DNA of 64,000 nt from Gemmatimonadaceae bacterium (lineage in GTDB: Bacteria > Gemmatimonadota > Gemmatimonadetes > Gemmatimonadales > Gemmatimonadaceae). Of the stretch, positions 35,572 through 45,654 are shown one piece after another; the first letter of the stretch is position 1; every line of letters starts with the position of its first letter. The stretch is taken from positions 512,001 to 576,000 of the forward strand of contig JBHYGA010000005.1 in assembly GCA_051859245.1 (NCBI GenBank). Reading direction: 5' to 3'. The notes under the pieces were generated by a model. That model was given only the letters and a program-made list of their open reading frames with translations, was not told where the DNA came from and did not search any database. A program made the translations under genes and the position numbers.

Positions 35572-36819
35572 CTATTCCGCTCGCAACGCCGTAATGGGAT
35601 CCAGACGCGACGCACGGCTGGCCGGATACACCCCGGAAATGATGCCAACACCGGCACCAACAACAACACCAAGCACAACGGACCACGGCGCCACCGCTGT
35701 TGGCAGCGGTGTCACTGCGCGCATGATCATGGCCAGCACTACACCAAGACCCACGCCACACATCGCACCAACCGCGCCGAGCGTGGATGCTTCCACAATG
35801 AACTGCGACAGAATGTCCTGACGGCGCGCGCCGAGGGCTTTGCGCAAGCCGATTTCAGCGGTGCGTTCGGCCACAGCCACGAGCATGATGTTCATGATCA
35901 CGATTGCGCCAACCACGAGACCAAACGCGGGCAACGCCACACCGGCGAGCACCAGATATCCCTGCAGTTTGTTCCAGAACTCGAGCGCGCTGTCGGCCGT
36001 TTGCATGGCGAAGTCGTCTTTTTCCGCCGGACGCAACTGATGCAACGTGCGCATGACGGTGCGCACCCGTTCCATTGTTTCCGTCATTTCCGCTTCACTC
36101 GGCGACTGAATCATGATCGCGTCGATCATGGTGGGCTCCTGATTGAAGAGCCGTCGCGCGGGCGCCTTGAATGGCACGTACGCCACATTGTCGAACGACA
36201 TGCCAAACGCGCTGCCCTGCGTTTCCGAGACGCCAATCACGGTGTACGGAATGCCCGCAATGCGCACTTCACGATCGATCGGATTGAGATTGGGAAACAG
36301 TCGCTCCACCACATCCGGTCCGATCACCACGACGGGGCTGCCGAGCGCGTACTCTTGTGGGGTGGGCAGTCGTCCGTCGGTCACTTCGAGCGCTTTGATG
36401 CCGAAGAAATCACCTTCGACGCCGCTTACGCGCACCGAGCGCGGACCGCGGCCAAACTGCGACGTCATGTTGATCGATGCGTCGGCAATCACAGCGTAGC
36501 GTGTGCCGGCGGGCAACACTTCCGCGACCGGTGCGACTTCGTGGTAACGCAGGCGCTTGCGCTTGCGGTATTCTTCCCACGTGGCGTTGTCGACGTCGCC
36601 CATGTTGATGTTCGGGCGGTGACGCAGCTCAAAGCTGTTGATTGCAATGAGCTTGCCGACCAGATCGTCTTTGAGATACTTGCCCATGCCGTTGACAATG
36701 GAAACAACGGCAATGAGGAACATGACACCGATGCACACACCCATGAGCGTAAAAGCGCTCTTGAGTTTTTGCGTGCGAATTGTGTCGAGTGCGAGCCGTA
36801 CGGCTTCTAAGGGGTTCAC
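35572..36819 (-). CDS. MacB/FtsX-family ABC transporter permease (type A of pair 1)
   Basis: IVIMNIMLVAVAERTAEIG, YPASRASRLDP. Confidence 0.92.
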   Translation of the reverse strand: MNPLEAVRLALDTIRTQKLKSAFTLMGVCIGVMFLIAVVSIVNGMGKYLKDDLVGKLIAINSFELRHRPNINMGDVDNATWEEYRKRKRLRYHEVAPVAEVLPAGTRYAVIADASINMTSQFGRGPRSVRVSGVEGDFFGIKALEVTDGRLPTPQEYALGSPVVVIGPDVVERLFPNLNPIDREVRIAGIPYTVIGVSETQGSAFGMSFDNVAYVPFKAPARRLFNQEPTMIDAIMIQSPSEAEMTETMERVRTVMRTLHQLRPAEKDDFAMQTADSALEFWNKLQGYLVLAGVALPAFGLVVGAIVIMNIMLVAVAERTAEIGLRKALGARRQDILSQFIVEASTLGAVGAMCGVGLGVVLAMIMRAVTPLPTAVAPWSVVLGVVVGAGVGIISGVYPASRASRLDPITALRAE

Positions 36820-36889
36820 AGCGAGCGGTGCAGGGGACGGGCCCGCTGGGCCCGCCCGAGTGAACGATCAATCAAGAATCAGTTGAGTA

Positions 36890-37714
36890 TCAGTCGTGTG
36901 CGACTTTGGTGGTCGCGTGCGCAATGCCCACGCGATCGACAAAGCGTTCGCGACGTTCGTCGCTTTCCACAACACCGTCACGCAACACAACAACACGACG
37001 CGCGTGCGCGGCGATATCGGGTTCGTGCGTGACCATGACAACAGTCTGACCCTGACGCGAAAGATTTTCGAACACGCGCATGATTTCCTGCGACGTGGTC
37101 GAGTCGAGATTACCCGTGGGTTCGTCGGCCAACAGAATGGACGGGCGATTCACCAGCGCACGCGCAATGGCGACGCGCTGACGCTGACCACCGGAGAGTT
37201 CGTTCGGACGGTGATGCAAACGCGGTCCAAGCTGCACGGAGTCGAGCGCTTCAGTGGCGCGTCGCTTGCGTTCGTCGGCGGGAATGCCGGCGTACACGAG
37301 CGGCAGTTCCACGTTCTGCAGCGCCGTAGCGCGCGGCAACAGATTGAACGTCTGGAACACGAAGCCGATTTCCTTGTTGCGCACGCGCGCCAGCTGATCG
37401 TCGCTCATGGCTGAGACGAGCATGCCGTTGAGCCAGTACTCACCGCCGTTCGGCGAATCGAGACAGCCGATCAGGTTCATGAGCGTGGACTTGCCGGAAC
37501 CGGACGGTCCCATGATGGCCACGTACTCATTCTTGCGAATTGCGAGATCGACGCCACGCAGCGCGCGCACCACTTCGCCGCCCATGTCGTATTCGCGCTT
37601 GAGGCCGCGCGCCACGATTACCCATTCCGGGTCGGGCGTGGTGCCAGGCACAGAGACAACTGCCTGGCGCTCGCCCGTGGTGCTGATTCCGATGTCGTCG
37701 ATTGTATTGCTCAC
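36890..37714 (-). CDS. ABC transporter ATP-binding protein (LolD/MacB-type)
   Basis: [33 protein letters not shown]. Confidence 0.96.
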   Translation of the reverse strand: MSNTIDDIGISTTGERQAVVSVPGTTPDPEWVIVARGLKREYDMGGEVVRALRGVDLAIRKNEYVAIMGPSGSGKSTLMNLIGCLDSPNGGEYWLNGMLVSAMSDDQLARVRNKEIGFVFQTFNLLPRATALQNVELPLVYAGIPADERKRRATEALDSVQLGPRLHHRPNELSGGQRQRVAIARALVNRPSILLADEPTGNLDSTTSQEIMRVFENLSRQGQTVVMVTHEPDIAAHARRVVVLRDGVVESDERRERFVDRVGIAHATTKVAHD

Positions 37715-39003
37715 GAGGTCTTACCCTTCGCCGTGGCGTCAGTGGGTGTTGGGGCGGTGCGTACGAGTGCGCCATCCTTCAAGTCACGAATGGCCTGGTA
37801 CGTGCCAGCGACGATATTCTCGCCGGCCTTGATCCCCGAGAGCACTTCAAAATGGCGCTCACCGGCAATCCCCACTTTTACGGGGCGGAAGGTCACTTTG
37901 TTGTCTGTGCCCACCACAAACACGCCTTCCACGTCGGTTCGGCCGATCTGCTTGGCTGGTGCGGCGCGTCCAACGGCGACGGCGGTGTCTTCGGTCTTCA
38001 GCGATTCGTTCTCGCGAACGGTCAGGGCAATGATCGGGATCGACAGCACTTTCACGCGCGTGTCGGTGATGATCTTGGCCGTGGCCGAAAAGTCGGGACG
38101 CGTATCCACCGGCGGATTGATGAGCTCAATCTTGACTTCAAAATCCACGGCCTGATCGGCGCTGGCCGTGGTGCCGCTGGCGGTGGCTGACACCGAGCTG
38201 TTCGAAATCTCGACCACGCGACCATAGAACGTGGTGTCGTTGAACGCGTCGATCTGCACGACGGCCGAGTCGCCAATCTTCACTCGCGCAACGTCGGTTT
38301 CGTCCACGCGGACCTTGGTCTCGTACACGCTGAGATCGGCAATCGTGAGCAGCGTGGCCGCGTCTTTGTTGAGCGTACCCATGATCGCCGTTTCACCTTC
38401 CTGCACGCGCAGACGGGTGATCTTGCCGGACATCGGCGCGACGATCGTGGTGCGGCTCAGCGACTGCTTGGCGTCGCGCAAATTGGCGTTGGACTGTTCC
38501 ACGGAGTAACGCGCCGCTTCGAGCAACGCGGCGTTCACTTCCGTCTGCGTTTTGGCCTGCTCCACCTGCTCCACCGAAATGAGCGTGGGGGTAGCCTTCT
38601 GAATGGACAGCAGACGCTCGTAGTTGCGCGTGGCCTGAATGCTGCTGGCGCGCGTCTGGGCTTCCTGCGCCTTGGCCGACGCAAGCGCCGCTTCGGCACG
38701 CTGCACGGCCGCGGCCGGCTGCTCCGGGTCGATCTGCAGCAGGAACTGGCCACGCGTGACCATGTCTCCCTCCTTGACCGCCAGGCGCACGATCTTGCCG
38801 GTGACGTCGGCGCTGACGTCCACCTTTGTGCGTGGCTGGATCTTGCCGCTGGCCGTCACAGACGCAACGAGGTCACGCGCTTCCACTGCTTCGATGCGCA
38901 CCTCGGCGGCTTGCGGACGACTCTTCTTGGCGCCTACGAAAGCCAAGCCCGAGAGGCCCGCAACGACGACGACGGCAATGCCGATCTTAACACCTTTGGT
39001 CAT
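37711..39003 (-). CDS. Efflux periplasmic adaptor (membrane fusion protein, MacA-like)
   Basis: N-terminal TM, lipoyl halves VKEGDMV.RGQ.L and I.APMSG, helical hairpin. Confidence 0.93.
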   Translation of the reverse strand: MTKGVKIGIAVVVVAGLSGLAFVGAKKSRPQAAEVRIEAVEARDLVASVTASGKIQPRTKVDVSADVTGKIVRLAVKEGDMVTRGQFLLQIDPEQPAAAVQRAEAALASAKAQEAQTRASSIQATRNYERLLSIQKATPTLISVEQVEQAKTQTEVNAALLEAARYSVEQSNANLRDAKQSLSRTTIVAPMSGKITRLRVQEGETAIMGTLNKDAATLLTIADLSVYETKVRVDETDVARVKIGDSAVVQIDAFNDTTFYGRVVEISNSSVSATASGTTASADQAVDFEVKIELINPPVDTRPDFSATAKIITDTRVKVLSIPIIALTVRENESLKTEDTAVAVGRAAPAKQIGRTDVEGVFVVGTDNKVTFRPVKVGIAGERHFEVLSGIKAGENIVAGTYQAIRDLKDGALVRTAPTPTDATAKGKTS

Positions 39004-39018
39004 GGAGTATTTCCTGGG

Positions 39019-40500
39019 TTACCGAAGCGGACGACCGACGGCCGCTTCGAGCTGCGTGAACGCACGCTGAAAATCAAAGATTGCGTTGATACGGTCGGTC
39101 TCAGCGCGTTCAAAATCGGTACGCGCCTGAATGAGCTCGACGAGGTTGATCGCACCGGCACGATACCGCTCTTCGGCGAGCGACAACGCGGTGCGTGCAG
39201 TGCGAGAGTTTTCTTCCTGCAGATCGACGGCCTGCTTTTGCGCCGTGAGCGTGAGATAGGCGGCCGAGATGTCGGTGGACACACGGAGCTCTTCCTGACG
39301 CAGTGTGTTCTCGGCGTTGCGGCGCTGTACCGTTGCCGTCTGCACATCGGATTCGCGGCGGAAGCCATTGAAGAGGGGCAGGGAGAGCGTGGCGCTGAAC
39401 TGATACGGGCTACGCGTGAGATCGAATGGAAAGCGATCCTGCTCAGCGCGAATGCCGGCTTCGGCTTCAGGTGTCCACGCAATCGCGTTGCACTCGGCGA
39501 GTCTGTTTGGCAGCCCGGCCGCCGCGCGCACTTCTTCTGAGCGAATGCAGCTCGCGCGCTGTCCTTCAACACCGGCGATTCCCTGCGCAATGAGCAGGTC
39601 GGTATTAGTGTTGCGTAGCGCAAAACCGGAAACACCCGAGCTGAGGCTCAACGACGGTACGTACGCACTGCGGGCGATCGACACGCCGCGACGAGCCTGC
39701 GTTTCACGCAACCGAGCCGCTTCAATCACCGGATTCTGACGTCGCGCCTGTTCGAGCAAGTCATTCACGGTCATCGTGGGCAGCGTGACATCGAGCGGAC
39801 CAGTGAGGCGCGTACCCGCCGCCGGTTCAACACCCATCAGCTGATACAGGCGCAACACTTCGATATCGGCCTGATTGCGCCCCTGCAGTGCGGCCACTCG
39901 CTGCTGGCCGTTGGCGACTTCAGCGCGCTGTACTTCGAGCTGCGTGCCAGAGCCTACCGTGAGACGAGCGCGTGCGAGATCCAACTGTGCCCGCGTGGTG
40001 GCCACCAGCGTGTCCTGCAGAATGGCGCGCGCTTCGGCCTGCCGTGCGGCAATGAACTGTGTGGTGACCTGCTGACGAAGATTCTGCTCGGAGGCCACGA
40101 TGTCGGCTTCAACAGCTTCAGCGCTGGCCTTCTGGGCGCGCAGCTGGTTGAGCGACGCCATGGACAGCTGCATGCTGGCGTTGATACTGCCGTTCGTATT
40201 GAGCTGATCGTTGGTGGAACCAAAGCCCTGACCACCAAAGAACTCCTGTCGACCTTCACGCCACGAGCCGCCGAACGACGAGCTCACGTTGGGAAGAAAG
40301 GCTCCGTAGGCATTCCGAACATTCGCGTCGGCGGTCCGCTGCGCGTTCTGCGCGGTGCGAAACGCTGGATTGTTCTGCCGCGCGGCGGCGAGCGCCTGTT
40401 CGAGGGTCAGAGTCGGCCCCTGCGAGGCGACCGGAGCAGCCTGAGCGCCAAGAGCGGGAGCCGTGCCGAGGCACGCGATCACGAGCAGCAGATTTCGCAT
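39019..40500 (-). CDS. TolC-family outer membrane protein
   Basis: Signal peptide, LTLEQAL..A..NNP, two OEP repeats, ERYRAG. Confidence 0.93.
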   Translation of the reverse strand: MRNLLLVIACLGTAPALGAQAAPVASQGPTLTLEQALAAARQNNPAFRTAQNAQRTADANVRNAYGAFLPNVSSSFGGSWREGRQEFFGGQGFGSTNDQLNTNGSINASMQLSMASLNQLRAQKASAEAVEADIVASEQNLRQQVTTQFIAARQAEARAILQDTLVATTRAQLDLARARLTVGSGTQLEVQRAEVANGQQRVAALQGRNQADIEVLRLYQLMGVEPAAGTRLTGPLDVTLPTMTVNDLLEQARRQNPVIEAARLRETQARRGVSIARSAYVPSLSLSSGVSGFALRNTNTDLLIAQGIAGVEGQRASCIRSEEVRAAAGLPNRLAECNAIAWTPEAEAGIRAEQDRFPFDLTRSPYQFSATLSLPLFNGFRRESDVQTATVQRRNAENTLRQEELRVSTDISAAYLTLTAQKQAVDLQEENSRTARTALSLAEERYRAGAINLVELIQARTDFERAETDRINAIFDFQRAFTQLEAAVGRPLR

Positions 40501-40598
40501 GAGAAAAATGGGGATGAATGGATGGGACAAGCGACTGTACGGCGGCTGTCCGCAAAGGGTTTCAGCCGTCTGTCGGGAAGGTGTCGATACGTCCCGGC

Positions 40599-41348
40599 TC
40601 AGCGCGGAACGTCATCGCGGATCGCATCCAGTCCTAGGGCGGGAACCGTCGCCCGCAAAATCCGACCGTTTGCGTCCGACCATATGACACGCCGACGGCC
40701 CGGATCGTCGACAATCCATCGCGTGGCGGGCAAACGGATACCAGCGACCACGACCGTATCCGCTGGCGCATCGAGCGTCACCCGCACGTCACGCTCCCGA
40801 TTCTCCATGGGCGCCAGCGCGTGCACCGTGAAATCCACACTCCCCGCCCGATGCCGGAGCAGCAGCGCAGCCTGGTGCACCGACTCCACCTCAAGGACCA
40901 TGACGCCGACCGGCAACAGATATTCGCGAGCGGCCTCACCGCGATCGGTGCGGGCCAGCGTCGCAAAACGCCCGCGGACACGCTGCCCGCCCAGGCGGAG
41001 CACGGTGGTGGTGCCCTCGCGCACGTCGGCCGAATAGCGGAGGGGGGAACCGGCGGTGTCGGTCTCCAGGCGGGTGGCCAGCCGGCGCTCGCCAATCGCT
41101 GATTCCGCCCGCAGCTCGAATTCCACGCCCTCCGGCGATGCCACGTGCCGCAGACTGAACTGCTCGCGCCCCACACGCACCCCTTCACGCAAAATCGTGA
41201 AGCTGCCCACATCCACGTGGTCCGGTTGCGGGCTCGCAACAGGCGTCGCACGTGCGGCCTGATGGCTGAATCCGAGGGCTGAACCTGCGGTCAGCAGAAC
41301 CGGGATCACGAGGCCAAGCACGCGGTATCGGGTACGAAGAAAGACCAT
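40599..41348 (-). CDS. Hypothetical exported beta-rich protein
   Basis: Signal-peptide-like N-terminus and alternating beta-strand pattern. Start inferred. Confidence 0.6.
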   Translation of the reverse strand: MVFLRTRYRVLGLVIPVLLTAGSALGFSHQAARATPVASPQPDHVDVGSFTILREGVRVGREQFSLRHVASPEGVEFELRAESAIGERRLATRLETDTAGSPLRYSADVREGTTTVLRLGGQRVRGRFATLARTDRGEAAREYLLPVGVMVLEVESVHQAALLLRHRAGSVDFTVHALAPMENRERDVRVTLDAPADTVVVAGIRLPATRWIVDDPGRRRVIWSDANGRILRATVPALGLDAIRDDVPR

Positions 41349-41450
41349 CCCAAGAAAACTAGTGACGCGAGGAGACCCGAACACGCTGTAGCTTACAGCG
41401 GGCTTCTCGCCGCACCGTTCGTCAACTCCCTCCGACCACGCGCAGCACGC

Positions 41451-44400
41451 TTGGCCACACCTCCCGCCATCGATCACAACGCCGCCGACCGCTCGCGCTG
41501 GCCCTGGCTCTGGACGAGCGCCGGCCTGGTGTCATCATTTGCGATCGCGCGCTGGCAACAAGCCGAACTGCTGCATTGGCTCGTGCTGGCCACCGTTGGA
41601 TTGGTGGTCATGCTGATCACCATTCGAAAGCTCGCGCGTCCCCGCATCTTTCCCGTGCTGGCGGTGTGTTCGCTCGCCGTGGCGCTCGGTATTGCGGCGG
41701 CCGAGACGAGCGCGTTGCGCGATCTGGCGCGCGCTGGCGAGATGTGGGCGTTGGCGGCACGCAATCGCGATGTCGCGCGTGTGGCCGACGCGATCGCCGC
41801 AGCGCGCGTGGAGCTCACACGCGCCGCATCCGAGGCCGCCACGAGTGGACTCGCCACGGTGCCGGAGATTCGAGAGGCGGAGTCGGCGGTGGCCGTGTTC
41901 GAAAGCGGGCGACTAATGACGCGTGCGGGACAATCGCGCGTAACACTCGCTGCCGGACCGGATGGCATCACGTTTGAGCAGGGGCTGTTTCACAGTGTGT
42001 TGATCGTGCGTGTCACGAGCGGACCCCGCACTGCGGTGGCCACCACACTGCTCGCGGCGGCGCCGCCGGCTGATCGATTTGCACGCGCGCTGATTCCCAA
42101 TGTTGTCGCGCGCGACCTCGCACCGTCGATCAGACTGGAGCGACCATCAACATTGTATCCGGTGGATCCCACTGAGCCGTTGCGTCGCGCTGTACCGCGC
42201 AGTGCGAATGACAACACGCCGATTGTGGTGATTTCAGCCGCGCCACGTTCATTGGACGAAGCGCGACTCTCCGGTATGCAGCGCGCGCGCGTGCGCACGT
42301 CGGTGCCGCTTGCGGTTGCCGCACTGTGTGTGCTCGTGGTGGCGTGGAGGCGACCGGCCCGACTTCGCGAACGACTGCTGAGCGTGTTCGCACTGCTCGC
42401 CACCATCGCCGTGGCACCGCTCGGCGCGTTGTCAAACGTGTCGCCGCTCTTCAACGCCGCGAACTATTACTCGGCCGTGGCCGGTCCATTTACCGGCAAC
42501 ATTGCCGCGCTCACGCTGGCCGCCGCGTTGGCCTTGCTGGCACTGTTTCGAGTGCTGCGCAGTACGCGACTGGTGGAATCGCGGCGTGTGGCGGTGGCGC
42601 TTGTGGTTGGTATTGCGATTCTCGGTCCGTTCGCACTGCGCGATCTTGCGCGCGGCATCGCGTTTCCGCCGAGCGGACCAAGCGTTGGATTGTGGATTGC
42701 GTGGCAGTTGGCGATTGCATTGGCAGCGGCCGGTATCTTGATCGCGGGTGCAAGCGCGGGTCAGGTGGTGATTGGCAGACGACGCGGGCTGTCCGTAACC
42801 ATTGGTCCTGTGGTCGCGGCGCTGGCTGCGATTGCCGCGCCACTGCTGTGGCAAGCACCTGGTGAATGGCCGTCATGGTATCCGTTGTTCTGGATTGTAG
42901 CGATTGCCTGTCTCGCGTTTGCACGACGCGGTCGCGGATTGGTGACAGCGGTGGCCGTGGTGGCGGGGTGCGGTTCCATCACGCTCACGTGGGGTGCAAC
43001 CACACGCACGCGCATGCAGTTGGCCGAGCGCGATGTGCAACGACTTGGTGTGGTGGACGAAAGTGCGTATCCGTTGCTGGCGCGATTTGCTGAGTCGCTG
43101 AATAGCGAACGTCAACCGCCGGATCGGGCGCGTCTGGTGCAAGCGTACGCGTCGTCCGAGTTGGCGCGTGCAGGCTATCCGGCGCGCTTGGCTATGTGGA
43201 GTGCGGTGTCACCGAATGCGCCGATTGCGTCGGTATCACTGACCACGATCATTGACGCGGGCGGTGTGCAGGAAGCGATGGCCTCGATGGTGCGAACGGT
43301 TGGCGAAGCCGAAATTCGATCGGCCGATGACGGACCATTCACAATGCTCGTGGCTGCGGTGCCGTTTGGCACGGATCTGGTGGCTACGATTGCGGTGCCG
43401 CCTCGCACGTGGTTGTTGCCACCCGATCCGTTCGCGCGACTGACGGGACTTGCTTCAACGCCGGATCGCGCGCCGCCATACCAACTGTCGCTCGGCGCAA
43501 TGCTTGCCGGTCAACGTGATTCGTTGTCGGATCGCATGTTGTGGGAGCGTCGTGGCAACATCATGGCGGGTGATGCTGGTGTCGGCACCGACATTGAGCG
43601 TCGACGTGCACACGTTGAAGTGGATCTGCGAGGCATGGACGCACTGTTGCCGCGTGGCGCACTGCTGGTGCTGTTCGACGTGGCCATCGTGCTGCTCGTG
43701 TGGGCGGCGAGTGCCATGGCCGACGGCGGTTTCTGGCGCTGGCTGCGCTGGCAGCGTGCGCGGTGGCGGCGTTCGTATCGCTCGAGGTTGTCGATCGCGC
43801 TGCTCACGTTCTTTCTGGCGCCGGCGGTCGCGTTTGCCGCGTGGGAAACGTATCGCCTCCGCGAAGACGATCGAAACGCACGCGAGTTGCTGGTGCGCGA
43901 AGCGTTGCGGCGCGCCGAGTTGCCAACGTCGCGCGATACCTTGGCGCTCTCGCAGCTGGTGTCCACGAACGTGCTCGCAGATCTCGCCGCCGATGTTGGT
44001 GGTCCGCTGTTTGCGTTTCGCGATGGTGTGCTGGCGGAAGCCAGTGATCCTGTGCTTACCGCACTGGCACCGTTTGGCACGCTGTTGCCCGAGGGCGTGC
44101 CGAGTGGTGTGTTGGGTGATGCGGTGCGACTTGATGCCAACACGGAGCTTTCGTTTACGCAAACGGTGCTGCTTGAAACACGCAGCGCACTCGTGGCCTA
44201 TCGCCCAACGATTGGTCCGGCGGGTGTGCCGCTGGTGATTGCCACCGCTGCTCGTGGTGATGAGTTTGCGCTCGACGCACGACGTGCTGATCTCGCTGTA
44301 CTCGTTGCGGTGGTGATTGCGGCCGGCGTGTTGGCGGCGCTGTGGTTGAGTGGTGCGGCGGCGCGTACACTCGCACGTCCGATTGGCACCCTGCGTGACG

Positions 44401-45644
44401 CGGCACTGGCGATTGCGAGCGGACGACCAATGCCACCGCTCGATGCGATGCCACCGGCGGAGTTCGTGCCGGTGTTCGGTGCGTTTGCGCGCATGGCTAC
44501 GGATCTTTCCACCAGTCGCGCGGCGCTTGAAGAAGCACAGCGACGCACGGCGGCGGTGTTGCGCGAAGTTGCGAGTGGCGTAGTGGCGGTGCGTCACGAC
44601 GGCACCGTGTTGCTGGCGAATCCGCGCGCGGAAGCGCTGTTTGGTGCAACCCTCGCGCCAGGTACGCCGGTGCTTTCGGCCAACGGTTCCAATAGCGCGT
44701 TTGGTGATTGGTCACGCGTTGCACCGCGTGTGCAAGAGTTTCTCGAACGTCCTGATCGATCCGCCGACGCGTTTGACGTGACGATTCCGGCGCGTGTAGC
44801 GGATCGTGATGGTGCAAGCGTGCGCGGTGTGCGTGATGACGATGCCGCGAGCGAACCCCCAATGGATCGGCAATTGCGCGCCTCGCTCACGCGATTGCCT
44901 GGCGGCGCCGTACTTACGCTTGATGATGTCACGGAGCTGGCCACGGCGCAGCGCGTGCTCGCGTGGGGAGAAATGGCGCGACAGGTGGCCCACGAAATCA
45001 AGAATCCGCTCACACCGATTCGTTTGGGCGTGCAGCATTTGCGCCGTGCATGGCGCGATGGTCGTGCGGATTTCTCCACGATTCTTGATACGAATGTCAC
45101 GCGCATTCTGAGCGAGATCGATCATCTGGATGAAATCGCGAAGGCGTTCAGCAGATATGGCAGTGTGCCGGCGGATCGTGCGCCGGGCGAAGCGGTGGAT
45201 GTGGCGCTTGTTGCGCGGGATGTGATTGCGCTCGAGCGCATGGGTGAAGGCGATGTGTCGTGGGAGTTGACGGTGGGCAGCGTGTCGCTTGCTCGGCCAG
45301 ACGATAAGGCGGAACCGGTGATGGCAATAGCGCGGGCCGACGAGCTGAAAGAGGTGTTGCTGAACCTGTTGGAGAACGCACGGCTCGCGAATGCCACGCG
45401 TGTGCACATGTCGATCGCGCGCAGCACGGAGAGCATCACCATTGTGGTGCGCGACGATGGTGGCGGGATTTCCGGCGATGTGTTGCCGTACATTTTTCAG
45501 CCGCACTTCTCCACCCGAACAAGTGGCAGCGGGCTGGGGCTCGCCATAAGCCGACGGCTTCTTGAAGGGTGGGGCGGCAGCATTGCCGTGGCCAGCGAAA
45601 TTGGCGTGGGCTCTACGCTCACCGTCACGCTGAAATCCGCTTAA
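41451..45644 (+). CDS. Large multi-TM sensor histidine kinase (HAMP-PAS-HisKA-HATPase, NtrY-like)
   Basis: WGEMARQVAHEIKNPLTPI H-box, NLLENA, DDGGG, GSGLGL, many TM segments. Confidence 0.93.
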   Translation: MATPPAIDHNAADRSRWPWLWTSAGLVSSFAIARWQQAELLHWLVLATVGLVVMLITIRKLARPRIFPVLAVCSLAVALGIAAAETSALRDLARAGEMWALAARNRDVARVADAIAAARVELTRAASEAATSGLATVPEIREAESAVAVFESGRLMTRAGQSRVTLAAGPDGITFEQGLFHSVLIVRVTSGPRTAVATTLLAAAPPADRFARALIPNVVARDLAPSIRLERPSTLYPVDPTEPLRRAVPRSANDNTPIVVISAAPRSLDEARLSGMQRARVRTSVPLAVAALCVLVVAWRRPARLRERLLSVFALLATIAVAPLGALSNVSPLFNAANYYSAVAGPFTGNIAALTLAAALALLALFRVLRSTRLVESRRVAVALVVGIAILGPFALRDLARGIAFPPSGPSVGLWIAWQLAIALAAAGILIAGASAGQVVIGRRRGLSVTIGPVVAALAAIAAPLLWQAPGEWPSWYPLFWIVAIACLAFARRGRGLVTAVAVVAGCGSITLTWGATTRTRMQLAERDVQRLGVVDESAYPLLARFAESLNSERQPPDRARLVQAYASSELARAGYPARLAMWSAVSPNAPIASVSLTTIIDAGGVQEAMASMVRTVGEAEIRSADDGPFTMLVAAVPFGTDLVATIAVPPRTWLLPPDPFARLTGLASTPDRAPPYQLSLGAMLAGQRDSLSDRMLWERRGNIMAGDAGVGTDIERRRAHVEVDLRGMDALLPRGALLVLFDVAIVLLVWAASAMADGGFWRWLRWQRARWRRSYRSRLSIALLTFFLAPAVAFAAWETYRLREDDRNARELLVREALRRAELPTSRDTLALSQLVSTNVLADLAADVGGPLFAFRDGVLAEASDPVLTALAPFGTLLPEGVPSGVLGDAVRLDANTELSFTQTVLLETRSALVAYRPTIGPAGVPLVIATAARGDEFALDARRADLAVLVAVVIAAGVLAALWLSGAAARTLARPIGTLRDAALAIASGRPMPPLDAMPPAEFVPVFGAFARMATDLSTSRAALEEAQRRTAAVLREVASGVVAVRHDGTVLLANPRAEALFGATLAPGTPVLSANGSNSAFGDWSRVAPRVQEFLERPDRSADAFDVTIPARVADRDGASVRGVRDDDAASEPPMDRQLRASLTRLPGGAVLTLDDVTELATAQRVLAWGEMARQVAHEIKNPLTPIRLGVQHLRRAWRDGRADFSTILDTNVTRILSEIDHLDEIAKAFSRYGSVPADRAPGEAVDVALVARDVIALERMGEGDVSWELTVGSVSLARPDDKAEPVMAIARADELKEVLLNLLENARLANATRVHMSIARSTESITIVVRDDGGGISGDVLPYIFQPHFSTRTSGSGLGLAISRRLLEGWGGSIAVASEIGVGSTLTVTLKSA

Positions 45645-45654
45645 CTTCCCGCGC

